Shown here: piece after piece, positions 28,539 to 37,604 of the stretch | Layout: each line of letters begins with the position of its first letter | Position numbering within the stretch: the first letter of the stretch is position 1 | Sequence record: MH992122.1 | Direction: 5' to 3' (one strand) | DNA: 64,000 nucleotides | DNA from: Escherichia phage OLB35 | The notes under the pieces: model-generated | The model's database searches: none | What the model was told of the DNA's origin: nothing | The model's input: only the letters and a program-made list of their open reading frames with translations | Made by a program: the position numbers and the translations under genes

Positions 28539-29081
28539 TCATTCTTTTACTTCCAGTAGTTTATTTGATTTAAGGTAATTAGCCTTTTCTAGGACTTCAG
28601 AAGCATATTTACTGCCAGCACTTGTCTTCCATCCCGCATTATATGAGGATATAGCTTTTCTTATATCCCCGTTATGTATATTTAACCAATAAGAAAATTC
28701 GATATAAGCCCATCTTGTTGAATTAGACCGCTTAGATAGCATTTTCTTAATTTGGGCATCAGTCATATTATAACCAAGCTGGTTAATTCTTGCCCTCATT
28801 GTTGGTAGATAGTTTTGGAACATTCCATACGCATGGTGACCTTTCTTATCTTTAAGATTAATACCGGCAGATGATTCTTGCCATAGTATTGCGGCCATTA
28901 TGTATCCAAGTCCTTTCTTATGCATATTTTCATGCGTTTTAAATTTTCCGTCCTTAGAAAACTGTTCCCCAAACTGATAAGCATAATTCAAGTTATCGAG
29001 TTGGACATTACTAAAAGTATGCTCGGAGCTATGTGCTGATAACGAAAGAGCAAATAGACCAGCGAGTAGTGCTTTTCTCAT
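28539..29081 (-). CDS. Secreted lytic-transglycosylase-like (SLT domain) protein
   Basis: Signal peptide MRKALLAGLFALSLSAHS; WQESSAG...YGMFQ and SYNAGW resemble SLT catalytic motifs. Confidence 0.5.
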   Translation of the reverse strand: MRKALLAGLFALSLSAHSSEHTFSNVQLDNLNYAYQFGEQFSKDGKFKTHENMHKKGLGYIMAAILWQESSAGINLKDKKGHHAYGMFQNYLPTMRARINQLGYNMTDAQIKKMLSKRSNSTRWAYIEFSYWLNIHNGDIRKAISSYNAGWKTSAGSKYASEVLEKANYLKSNKLLEVKE

Positions 29082-29089
29082 GTTTACCT

Positions 29090-29548
29090 CTAGATTTTAA
29101 TCACTGCTTTAGAAGCTTTTCCTGGTAGTCGTTTACTGTTAATAATAGCCATTCTACATTGAAGAGTCTTCATTTTGAATGCCGGATTTTCGCGACAAAC
29201 TGTAAGTCCTAACCAAAGATTTCCATCAGTTATTTCTAAACGGCCTGGGCGATATTCGACACCTTCGACAAAATCTTCATCAACATCTGGACGTGCCGGC
29301 ATTGATAAAAATTCTGCAACTTCTTTAACATGATTTTTTACTTTACGAAATAATTCAAAAACGTAATTCTCATCTATTTCTCTCTGGATGGCACGATCTA
29401 AGAGATGTTGAGAATACTTGATATGAAAGCCTGGTAGTCCAAGAGACTTTGCAGCATCTTTTATACCGGCATTGATTTGACGAAACTCCGTTTCAAAGAT
29501 TCGACGGAGTTTATTGCGACGGATAAAAACTTCCGAATTGATAGTCAT
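29090..29548 (-). CDS. regB: RegB site-specific endoribonuclease
   Basis: MTINSEVFIRRNKLRRIFETEFRQIN...RLEITDGNLWLG...RLPGKASKAVIKI matches T4 RegB; the track ORF has 19 extra N-terminal codons. Confidence 0.88.
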   Translation of the reverse strand: MTINSEVFIRRNKLRRIFETEFRQINAGIKDAAKSLGLPGFHIKYSQHLLDRAIQREIDENYVFELFRKVKNHVKEVAEFLSMPARPDVDEDFVEGVEYRPGRLEITDGNLWLGLTVCRENPAFKMKTLQCRMAIINSKRLPGKASKAVIKI

Positions 29549-29628
29549 TTTTATTTCTCCTCTAGTTGACAGGTCTATAGTAACACAACTAGAGGAGAAG
29601 TAAACCACTTTTTGATAGGAATTAACTT

Positions 29629-29905
29629 TTAAACTGCTTTAGATACTTCGTCACGAACCTGGTGGAAGTTCTTGAGCTGTTCAAGGCGTTGTTCGTAATA
29701 CGCAATCTCATCTTCTTCAAGACAATCGTCAGCGTCTTCTTTCAGATATGCCTTGTACTCATTAAAGAGGGCCCATAGGCGGTTCTCAAAGTCATCAAGG
29801 CTTTGAATTTTCTTGTGCTTAGGAACAAGGCTAAAAGGATTGCTTTCAGTTATGCTTGTGACCTTTTCTTATGAGTTCCAAATACCCAGTAATAGTAGAA
29901 GCCAT
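29629..29905 (-). pseudogene. Frameshifted ORF ([14 protein letters not shown] then frame change)
   Basis: ATG at 29905 runs 19 codons to a TGA; an adjacent frame continues ...[15 protein letters not shown]...[28 protein letters not shown]; break at the T4 run 29864-29867. Confidence 0.5.
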
Positions 29906-30174
29906 TAGTATTTTTCCTCAGGTCGAAATACTGCACGACACGCCCACATGCTGGCTTCTTTTAGATGTTGCTTAGCGTACTTAAGAGCCTGCACTGCATC
30001 CATATCTTCTTTGGTTTGCTGCTCTGTTTCATTTTCTTTCAAGATATATGCTTCTTCAATAAGAGCATCAAACAGCAATCCAAGACGGACTTCTGCATCT
30101 TTAATAGCGTTCACTTTACCGATTTTATCATCGGTATGCGGCTTGTAGCCTTTGATGTCTTCAATCGACATAAG
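29905..30174 (-). CDS. Hypothetical protein
   Basis: Internal-Met start (MSIEDIKGYKPH...), ~89 aa; the longer track form overlaps the upstream gene. Confidence 0.45.
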   Translation of the reverse strand, partial: LMSIEDIKGYKPHTDDKIGKVNAIKDAEVRLGLLFDALIEEAYILKENETEQQTKEDMDAVQALKYAKQHLKEASMWACRAVFRPEEKY

Positions 30175-30385
30175 GAATTTCCTCATCGGTGGCAAGGTCA
30201 TATTCGACCAATTGGATAGGCTCGTTAATACCATATCCACGTACAGTGATATCGGTTGTCGGATATTTTCCAGTAATATCACCCATTCTAAATGATTCAG
30301 TGAATGATTGCTCGCCTGAATTACTAAACCATTCTGCGAAAGCATTTAGCACATCTTTAGACCCTTCTATAATCAATTTAGCCAT
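30161..30385 (-). CDS. Hypothetical acidic protein
   Basis: 74-aa ORF. Confidence 0.45.
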   Translation of the reverse strand: MAKLIIEGSKDVLNAFAEWFSNSGEQSFTESFRMGDITGKYPTTDITVRGYGINEPIQLVEYDLATDEEIPYVD

Positions 30386-30747
30386 TATAGACTCTCAGTA
30401 AAGGTACGAGCGATAACGTCGCGCTGCTGTTCCGGAGTCAGAGAGTTAAAGCGAACTGCATAACCGGATACACGGATGGTCAGCTGCGGATATTTTTCCG
30501 GATGCTTAACTGCATCTTCCAGAGTTTCACGTCGCAGAACATTAACGTTCAGGTGTTGTCCACCTTCAATTTTAACTTTAGGTTGATGTTCAATTTCAAT
30601 TTCACGGGCATTCAAACCGTAGAAAATTTCCGGGTCTACAATAGCGTCTTCTTTAAAAGTCTTAGAGGCAATAATCCGGGCTTGAGTACCGTCTTCAAAA
30701 TAAATAGTGCCTTTATGTGCACCTTCAAGAATTTGATATGCTTTCAT
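30385..30747 (-). CDS. Autonomous glycyl radical cofactor (GrcA/YfiD-like; T4 Y06I family)
   Basis: C-terminal [29 protein letters not shown] glycyl-radical motif; the last ~60 aa look like E. coli GrcA as recalled. Confidence 0.85.
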   Translation of the reverse strand: MKAYQILEGAHKGTIYFEDGTQARIIASKTFKEDAIVDPEIFYGLNAREIEIEHQPKVKIEGGQHLNVNVLRRETLEDAVKHPEKYPQLTIRVSGYAVRFNSLTPEQQRDVIARTFTESL

Positions 30748-30753
30748 ATAACC

Positions 30754-31062
30754 TCAATTAGAAAATAAATTTATCCAAGTTTTTTCTTTAATCAAAAATG
30801 GGTCGGAATTAAACGCCATTAAACTTTGAGTGATTAATCCCTTAAATGGACCATCAATAAATTCCATTTTGAAATGCGGAATAGTAGTCATCAACCGTGC
30901 ATTAGGAGCAGTACAAAGAACCTGCTGCCCTGCGAACGGACCTTTAGTCAAACGGTATCGTTTAGGTTTAAAATGGTAAATCTCATAATTTTCTACAAGG
31001 GCCCTTTTATTGCATACTGGGCTGTTATAACAATATTCAAAAACTTCAATAGTGGTCATCAT
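30754..31062 (-). CDS. Hypothetical protein
   Basis: 102-aa ORF. Confidence 0.45.
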   Translation of the reverse strand: MMTTIEVFEYCYNSPVCNKRALVENYEIYHFKPKRYRLTKGPFAGQQVLCTAPNARLMTTIPHFKMEFIDGPFKGLITQSLMAFNSDPFLIKEKTWINLFSN

Positions 31063-31634
31063 TGCATTCCAATCACAAAAAATTGAGGACGAGCATTACC
31101 GCCGATGCAATATTTGCTTTTGCAGCAGTACTGTACTGTTTTAATATGGACATTGTAAATCTTATCCATATCAGGAGCTTTAATAGGCTCGTCAATTATA
31201 TACAGAATACGAGAAAGCGTTAATCCACGGAATTTAGAACCTTCATTGCCAATAAAACTACGGACAGAATCAGTAAATAAACGGAATCGAATATCATCGC
31301 TAGAATAACGAGAAAATTCTTTTTCAATGTTGCCAGCAGAAATTTTAGCATAAGCTGAAGTATTAGAAAGAACAATAACTGTTCCACCATCATACAGCCA
31401 ATTAGCAGCAAAATTAGTCACAGCAATTGATTTACCTGATTGTCTGCCGCCGTCTAAACGAAGTGTACAGTACTGCTTGAGTACGTCTTCAAATGGTGGG
31501 ATATAACCGTTCTTACAAATTTCTTCTACTCTAGCATCAGAATGGTGTGTAAAAGCATTCATCAGGGATAGATAAGGTCCAGTTAAAAATGTTCTCATAT
31601 TATTTCTCTTAAGGTTTGGGCCATTCCGTGGCAC
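31059..31634 (-). CDS. Hypothetical protein
   Basis: 191-aa ORF; true start may be the internal Met at 31598. Confidence 0.5.
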   Translation of the reverse strand: MPRNGPNLKRNNMRTFLTGPYLSLMNAFTHHSDARVEEICKNGYIPPFEDVLKQYCTLRLDGGRQSGKSIAVTNFAANWLYDGGTVIVLSNTSAYAKISAGNIEKEFSRYSSDDIRFRLFTDSVRSFIGNEGSKFRGLTLSRILYIIDEPIKAPDMDKIYNVHIKTVQYCCKSKYCIGGNARPQFFVIGMQ

Positions 31635-31711
31635 ATGTTAGGTCCTTCGACTCGCTATGTAAACCCATTACCGCATTGCGCTCGACCACAATTCTAGGAG
31701 AAAGTAAACTG

Positions 31712-32014
31712 TTATTTACCTTTAATTACTTTAGCTGCTTCGATAGCCGCTTGCTGAAGGTCATCCATAGACATACCGAATTTAGAAGCAAAGTTATCAA
31801 TTTTCTTTTCGACAGCATTCAAAGGCTTGGCCTGTTTACCTTCATTAGCGCCAGGAAGAGCGAGAATACGCTCTTTGTCAATATAAAGGCTTACAAGTTT
31901 CTTACGGTCTTTATCGGACAAATCATGAAATGAATGGGCCTTTTTATTTATAGCGGCTTCTAATTTACCTGCACTCACTCGCGCTTCAGTAATAAATTCT
32001 TGATATGTTTTCAT
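31712..32014 (-). CDS. ipII: Internal protein II-like (capsid-targeted)
   Basis: N-terminal capsid targeting sequence MKTYQEFITEA...; 100 aa; resembles T4 IPII as recalled. Confidence 0.8.
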   Translation of the reverse strand: MKTYQEFITEARVSAGKLEAAINKKAHSFHDLSDKDRKKLVSLYIDKERILALPGANEGKQAKPLNAVEKKIDNFASKFGMSMDDLQQAAIEAAKVIKGK

Positions 32015-32078
32015 TTTTTGTTTCCTTGTTTGTTTTGATAGAGTAATTATACCATATTAATACTTAAGCGTAAACAAT

Positions 32079-32339
32079 TTAAGCTTTACCGCCAGAAATA
32101 ATTCCGAAGTTGTTAAAATCGTATCCAATATCGTCAACATCTACTTTAGGATTTACTACAACATAAGCAATTTCACTACGTTTTGCATAGGTGTTGATTT
32201 CTTTACCATCGCCACCTAAGAAAGAATACCCATTACGTTTTAATGAGCCAAAGTCTTCGGCATCACCAATTTACTTCGATAGCAGCTTTCTGTTCCGCAG
32301 ATAATGTACTTCAGTGATAAACTCTTGATATGTTTTCAT
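32079..32339 (-). pseudogene. Internal-protein-like gene with in-frame TAA after codon 22
   Basis: ATG at 32339: MKTYQEFITEVHYLRNRKLLSK, TAA at 32271-32273, then the same frame stays open to 32079 (IGDAEDFGSLKRNGYSFLGGDGKEINTYAKRSEIAYVVVNPKVDVDDIGYDFNNFGIISGGKA). Confidence 0.5.
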
Positions 32340-32345
32340 TTTTCC

Positions 32346-32756
32346 TTAGTAAATTGATTTACCATAGTATTTGTACCAAGTCGGACGTTGAGCAATTTTT
32401 TCATCTAAGCGTGCTTGACTTATCGCAATGGACGCTTCGGACGGGACATAATTATTACGAAATTCGGCAGGGATGTCGGAAATATCCTGGACTGTCGTGT
32501 CCTTGATTTTGAAACCACGTTTCAAACATTCAGCGATTAGCTCGATTTGACGTAAACGTAAAAATTCGAGTTTGTCGTAAAAGAATGTTACGTGACCTGT
32601 GCCTAAGATAAATGTTGGAGAGATTTTAAAATCCTTTACACATTTACCATTTTGAACATGTTTACGGACTGCACCAAATACGCGTGGTAATTCACGATAC
32701 TCAGCCATAAGATGTTGGTCGGACAGTTCAGAAACAAGTGTTAAATTGATACGAGT
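32346..32756 (-). CDS. denV: Endonuclease V (pyrimidine-dimer DNA glycosylase) DenV
   Basis: [35 protein letters not shown]... near-identical to T4 DenV. Confidence 0.92.
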   Translation of the reverse strand, partial: TRINLTLVSELSDQHLMAEYRELPRVFGAVRKHVQNGKCVKDFKISPTFILGTGHVTFFYDKLEFLRLRQIELIAECLKRGFKIKDTTVQDISDIPAEFRNNYVPSEASIAISQARLDEKIAQRPTWYKYYGKSIY

Positions 32757-32817
32757 CATAATTTCCTCCAAGTAGTTGATGAATGTATAGTATCAAAACT
32801 CTTGGAGGAAGTAAACA

Positions 32818-33099
32818 CTATTTTTCTGAAGCGCCTGAAATATATTTTTCAAGACGTTGTTTCATCAGCGAGCCGTTCTTAGCGATTTCTTCCGGTTTAT
32901 CGCACATACGCAACAAGGCTTCAAGCTTAGCGATATCACTGGTGCGCTCAAATTTGCGAGTATCTATCTTACTAGCAAGTTCAGAAATACGTGCTAATAG
33001 ACTTTCAGCTTCAACCAAAGCTGCACCTAGCTTAGTTGCAAATGTGTCAGTAGCTTCGTTAAGAATAGATTCTGATAAAAATTCACTATATGTTTTCAT
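32818..33099 (-). CDS. Internal protein (CTS-bearing)
   Basis: Starts [10 protein letters not shown]...; 93 aa; adjacent to lysozyme e. Confidence 0.6.
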   Translation of the reverse strand: MKTYSEFLSESILNEATDTFATKLGAALVEAESLLARISELASKIDTRKFERTSDIAKLEALLRMCDKPEEIAKNGSLMKQRLEKYISGASEK

Positions 33100-33557
33100 A
33101 TATACGCTTTCCAAGTTCCTGTTTTAAATGTTGAGATTACGCGTTTCGCGCGATTAGGTGTCTGACGATACCATTTAGATTGGGCTAGATTTACTGCCGC
33201 TTCATCCCAACGTTTCTGTTGAAGCATACGAAGAGAATTAGTAAAACCAGCGACGCCTGCTACACCCATTTGGAAGACCATATTGACCAATGCACACCGA
33301 CGAACTGCATCTAAAGAATCATATACCGGTTTAAGTTTAGCATTAACGTCTTCATTAAATAGCTTTTCAGCCTCATCAAGGGTAATTGTACCGTTGCATT
33401 TACGACCGATCATTCTGTCAAGTTCAGCTTTAGCTACGGCTAAAGACGGGTTCTTTGTTACTAAATGGCCTATGCCAATCGTCCAAAAGCCTTCAGTGTC
33501 TTTGTATAAAGTCAGTCTAAGACCTTCGTCATTACGAAGCATTTCAAATATATTCAT
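33096..33557 (-). CDS. e: Lysozyme (endolysin) e
   Basis: [32 protein letters not shown]... matches T4 lysozyme; appears to lack ~9 residues near T4 positions 70-80. Confidence 0.92.
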   Translation of the reverse strand: MNIFEMLRNDEGLRLTLYKDTEGFWTIGIGHLVTKNPSLAVAKAELDRMIGRKCNGTITLDEAEKLFNEDVNAKLKPVYDSLDAVRRCALVNMVFQMGVAGVAGFTNSLRMLQQKRWDEAAVNLAQSKWYRQTPNRAKRVISTFKTGTWKAYI

Positions 33558-33591
33558 AATACCTCCCACGTTTATAGGAGGTATTTATTAC

Positions 33592-34050
33592 TTATATGAC
33601 GGTAGTGAGCACCTTATATAATGATTTGCCCATTACATATTCCCATTGAGAAGGTTTAATTAAAGCGTATGCATCAAATTCAGGAATCTGTCGTCCGTCT
33701 GGGAATGTATGATAGGAATTACAAACACTGTTTCTGAATTGCTCGTGCTCTACAGGGATGGTATATAGGAACAGATGAATATTCTTATTGTCTGAGTAAT
33801 GATGTTCACCTAGGTCTTTCAGGAAGGCAGGGTCATATTGTGTAAACCCAGTTTCTTCTTCGCATTCACGAATAGCGGCTTCAATAGGAGATTCGCCAGG
33901 TTCGACACGGCCTTTAGGAATATCCCACCGATGAGCTAAAGAACCTTTAGGACGAGAACCAGTTACACGGCCCATGAATAACTCTTTATCTTCGGTAAGG
34001 AAAATAATACCGGCTGATAGCTCTTTCACTTTATTTTTCTTACTCATCAT
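33592..34050 (-). CDS. nudE: Nudix hydrolase NudE (e.1)
   Basis: Nudix box GRVEPGESPIEAAIRECEEETG; downstream of e as in T4. Confidence 0.85.
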   Translation of the reverse strand: MMSKKNKVKELSAGIIFLTEDKELFMGRVTGSRPKGSLAHRWDIPKGRVEPGESPIEAAIRECEEETGFTQYDPAFLKDLGEHHYSDNKNIHLFLYTIPVEHEQFRNSVCNSYHTFPDGRQIPEFDAYALIKPSQWEYVMGKSLYKVLTTVI

Positions 34051-34276
34051 CTCGGTCCCATGATTTGGCCATTAATTCGGACATAAATTCTTCAATGCGC
34101 GTTTCTTTAGATGGACTTTCACTATTAGAGACCGCAAGTTTGTAATCTGCAATAGGACAGAACATATCAAGGTCCATATTAAGATCGTCTTTGATTTTTT
34201 CTTCTGACACATCTTTATCATATGTGTACAGATAACTATCACATGATTCTGATTTAATGTAAATTGCTATACTCAT
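34040..34276 (-). CDS. Hypothetical acidic protein
   Basis: ~78-aa ORF. Confidence 0.4.
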   Translation of the reverse strand: MSIAIYIKSESCDSYLYTYDKDVSEEKIKDDLNMDLDMFCPIADYKLAVSNSESPSKETRIEEFMSELMAKSWDRDDE

Positions 34277-34764
34277 CTCAAATTCCTGCATTCGGTAATA
34301 AAACGTTCAACTTCATTATTCTTGGCCTTTATCTTGTCTTTACGTTCCTGTAAACTACTTTTAACAAGATTAATAATGATGCCTATAGTACCTCCACCAA
34401 TAATACCACCAATAATACTTACGATAGTAGATGCTAATAAGATAGCGATAATATCTAATATAGCAAAGGCACTTACTTTAGTACTAAAAAACCACACCGA
34501 TGGTACAAATATAATCCATCCTGTTATCCATTGGCACTTATTGAAAAACTTTTCAAGCTCAGCTTGAGTTGTTCGTATTACTTCATCGATAGGTTGATAT
34601 CCATTAATGTATCTGTTCACGATAATACCTGCTGGTTTGTCGATTTTAAATGCTTGACATTGGTGTTTCACTAAATAAGATGGACATCCTGTCCAATCTA
34701 CTGAATAGTATGAAATACCTTCGTTGCCATCGTCTATATTAGACCAATATGTTTTGTTAATCAT
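34273..34764 (-). CDS. Membrane protein with glycine-zipper C-terminus
   Basis: 163 aa; two TM segments including IIGGIIGGGTIGIIINLV. Confidence 0.5.
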   Translation of the reverse strand: MINKTYWSNIDDGNEGISYYSVDWTGCPSYLVKHQCQAFKIDKPAGIIVNRYINGYQPIDEVIRTTQAELEKFFNKCQWITGWIIFVPSVWFFSTKVSAFAILDIIAILLASTIVSIIGGIIGGGTIGIIINLVKSSLQERKDKIKAKNNEVERFITECRNLR

Positions 34765-35450
34765 TACCAGCCTTCCATAGGGAATTCCAGATAAACTTGG
34801 GCATTGACACGAATTTCATTGGTGATCTTTTTAACTCGGTCTGTATTACGAGATACACGTCCGAACCAACGCCATCCATTACTAATTGCACGAGAACCAG
34901 TGTGCCATGTTTGCCAATCGAACTGAAGAAGAGTACGGTCTGGAGCTTCCCATTTCTCTAGTTCGCCTTTTTCAATTTTTTCGAGGACTTCTTTGTGCCA
35001 TTGGCGATAGATAAGTTCGCCATCAGGAATCTGACTGAACTCTGCAGTTCCTGTTGCAAAATGAGTAGGACACACGTCAGCGTTAACAAGACCAAGAATA
35101 TGTTCAGACAAATAGCGAGGATTGTCATAGTCAGGTTGTCCTGCAGTAATAAAATGTTGACCAACCGGAATATCCCGGCGCGGTACATCATCATGGTGAT
35201 AACCTGGAATAGCAGGATACCAACCAGGCATCAGCATATGAACCCGAGAATCAAATACAACATGTTGATTAGTCCAATCAATTGGGAGATTGACAATAAA
35301 GCTACGAGTAATAGGACCGCCGTTATCCTAAGCAAATTTTAAACTACAGTTAAAGAACATAGGCTCGTTCTTGATTTGATCATTAGAAATACCGCCGGCA
35401 AAACCACCTACTGCACGAGCTTGACTATTAAACACTTTAGAACTATTCAT
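34764..35450 (-). pseudogene. 229-codon reading frame interrupted by an in-frame amber codon
   Basis: ATG at 35450 (MNSSKVFNSQARAVGGFAGG...SLKFA), TAG at 35328-35330, same frame continues (DNGGPITRSFIVNLPIDW...) to 34764; the track sees only the C-terminal 157 aa. Confidence 0.5.
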
Positions 35451-35451
35451 A

Positions 35452-35757
35452 TTATTTTCCTCGACATTCTTTAATGAAATTTTCTAGATTGGTAGATTCA
35501 ATAGCTTTTTTACGAGCTTCTGCGTGTTCTTCTTCAGACAATTTACATTTATAATTAACCCAGACGTTATGGTCAAAACTAGTCGTGGCATATAATAACA
35601 AAGCCCCGACGAATAATAAAAATGGTGATAAGAATACAAAACCAGGAACACCATCCATATCGTAAGCCTTTTGTAATACTGCAACAGAAAGAGCTACGTA
35701 AAAAGGTGATACAAATATAGTTAAAAGACCAATTCGGTTGGTTTCGCCTAATTTCAT
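35452..35757 (-). CDS. Membrane protein
   Basis: 101 aa with two hydrophobic helices. Confidence 0.5.
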   Translation of the reverse strand: MKLGETNRIGLLTIFVSPFYVALSVAVLQKAYDMDGVPGFVFLSPFLLFVGALLLYATTSFDHNVWVNYKCKLSEEEHAEARKKAIESTNLENFIKECRGK

Positions 35758-35785
35758 AATATTCTCCTCATGTTTTAATAGGACT

Positions 35786-35814
35786 ACTATAACATAGTCC
35801 TATAATTGTGTAAA
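35786..35814 (-). promoter_or_regulatory. Early promoter / PeSL element
   Basis: Minus-strand TTTACA-N17-TATAGT; -10 between inverted arms ATAGGACTA/TAGTCCTAT. Confidence 0.55.
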
Positions 35815-35827
35815 CAGTTTTGCGAAA

Positions 35828-36784
35828 TTATTTGAAAGGTTTTACCATATGGAAATTTTGTTTAAAACGTTTTACATAATCGTCATGTCCTAAGCTTTGG
35901 TACATACTTACAACTTTGCTGTAGTTTTCCCAAGCGTATTCACGGAACCAGCCTGACGTGATTGAAGTACAGACTTTTTCTAATGCCATCATAAAACTAT
36001 CACGTGGATGGATTTCAAAGTTATTAGGAATCTGAGAACGTTCTAACGCTAGTACACATGATTCTTCGTATACGCCGGCTAATTTGACCATTTCTGGTAA
36101 TGATTCGAACTTCTCGCGTGAGGTCATGACTTCAGAACCATCTTTCATATAAAATGTATACGCTGGACGGTCTGTTAGTGCAATGGCTTCGTGAATAGTA
36201 TCATGGTCATACGTATAGATGTCATCTTTAAAGAATGCGCTTTTAGAAGTGTCAAGAACTGGGTGAGCATAGTTCAAGGTTTCTTTCTGGCGTTTCAGCA
36301 TAATTTCAGTAAGTTCATCGTTCAGTGTAACACCTTTACCACGAAGATACTGAATATGGTTCATAGTCTTTAAAAAGAATGGATTATTTTTCTTGAAACG
36401 ATGAGACATCTTAATTGCAAGACACATCTCAGGAGTTGCCCAGTAAAACCCGTTCAAACGGTCTTTAGTCAAATTTTTCTTGGCGTATTTTAAAAGGTCA
36501 TAAGAAGACGTGAAATCTTCAGGAGTGAGTTCACCGACTAATTCACGGACATTAGTGATTGCCGGAACAATATATGCTTCAAAATGAGTTTCGCGTCCAT
36601 TATGGAAGCATTTGAAAACTTGGACATCAGGGTTATCTTGGTGAACATATACACCCATCATTTGATTTTTGAATACATTCCAAGAACCTTGGTCCGCAAT
36701 AAAGTCCCAATCACTATTTTTGATAGCGCTAGAATCAATAAGGCCGTGATAGTGAAGTGCACGAGAACCAATAACTAACATCAT
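35828..36784 (-). CDS. Hypothetical protein (318 aa), candidate enzyme
   Basis: Large ORF (MMLVIGSRALHYHG...) with no motif I can assign. Confidence 0.55.
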   Translation of the reverse strand: MMLVIGSRALHYHGLIDSSAIKNSDWDFIADQGSWNVFKNQMMGVYVHQDNPDVQVFKCFHNGRETHFEAYIVPAITNVRELVGELTPEDFTSSYDLLKYAKKNLTKDRLNGFYWATPEMCLAIKMSHRFKKNNPFFLKTMNHIQYLRGKGVTLNDELTEIMLKRQKETLNYAHPVLDTSKSAFFKDDIYTYDHDTIHEAIALTDRPAYTFYMKDGSEVMTSREKFESLPEMVKLAGVYEESCVLALERSQIPNNFEIHPRDSFMMALEKVCTSITSGWFREYAWENYSKVVSMYQSLGHDDYVKRFKQNFHMVKPFK

Positions 36785-36812
36785 AATATTTTCCTCGGAT
36801 TAATTCATTAAC

Positions 36813-37064
36813 TTAAATTTCGCGACATGCGATATTATATTCATCCCAGAGGTCGTCATGTGAAGCCTCTACCAATGGAACGATTGTGCCGTTTATGTCT
36901 TCATTATAAGGGCAAATTGTACAGTGCGCATCTTCGAATCGGATGCCTTTGTGTTCAGATTTTTTATAACGCATATCGAATATCTTTGCAAACTTTTCAC
37001 GAGTAATAGTTTTAGCAACTACTTCTGTTCCTATACTTTCGTAATAAACCATTGTTGTCTCCAT
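36813..37064 (-). CDS. Cys/His-rich small protein
   Basis: 83 aa; HCTICPYNEDINGT...CREI. Confidence 0.45.
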   Translation of the reverse strand: METTMVYYESIGTEVVAKTITREKFAKIFDMRYKKSEHKGIRFEDAHCTICPYNEDINGTIVPLVEASHDDLWDEYNIACREI

Positions 37065-37080
37065 TTAATTTGATAGGACT

Positions 37081-37109
37081 ACTATAACATAGCCCTATCT
37101 TGTTGTAAA
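37081..37109 (-). promoter_or_regulatory. Early promoter / PeSL element
   Basis: Minus-strand TTTACA-N17-TATAGT with flanking GATAGGACT/AGCCCTATC arms. Confidence 0.5.
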
Positions 37110-37114
37110 CTGTT

Positions 37115-37312
37115 TTAGCAAGAATAACTAGATGATACCCAGCCTTGAACAGTAATACTATTATTTGATAACGAGATTGCGTCCTGGAGATTCAGACCTG
37201 CATTATCTTCAATCCACAATGTAACTTCTTCACGCTCTTCGGTTGCAATCTGGAACAGGTTTTCTAGAGCAGCTACTGCCGTACGTACAGCACAATCTAA
37301 TTCACGAGACAT
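37115..37312 (-). CDS. Small protein, WVSSSxxC-tail family, member 1
   Basis: 65 aa ending ...VQGWVSSSYSC. Confidence 0.5.
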   Translation of the reverse strand: MSRELDCAVRTAVAALENLFQIATEEREEVTLWIEDNAGLNLQDAISLSNNSITVQGWVSSSYSC

Positions 37313-37321
37313 ATGATTTCC

Positions 37322-37595
37322 TTAACAAGTGTGAGAAGATGCAACCCAACCACCATCTTCAAGGCTCAAGTTGTAGTCGTATTGGTAAACGTCGGCCCAT
37401 TCAGCATAACCGTTTTTTTGTACAACGTTCAAGATCGGCTTTAAGATGTCCTGGTGAATGATAGGTTCCACCCATGCCATAAGCTGGATACAAGTTGAAT
37501 GTTGTGTTTTGTTTATTAGCAATTTCTTTGGCAGCCTCAATAGCTGCATAGATTTTTGCTACAGCTTCAGCCAGTTCGGTTTGTTCTTTAGACAT
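37322..37595 (-). pseudogene. WVSSSxxC-tail family member 2, frameshifted
   Basis: N-terminal frame (37595-37401: MSKEQTELAEAVAKIYAAIEAAKE...YGMGGTYHSPG) and C-terminal frame (to 37322: ...NGYAEWADVYQYDYNLSLEDGGWVASSHTC) each match the intact paralogue. Confidence 0.5.
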
Positions 37596-37604
37596 AATGA
37601 TTCC

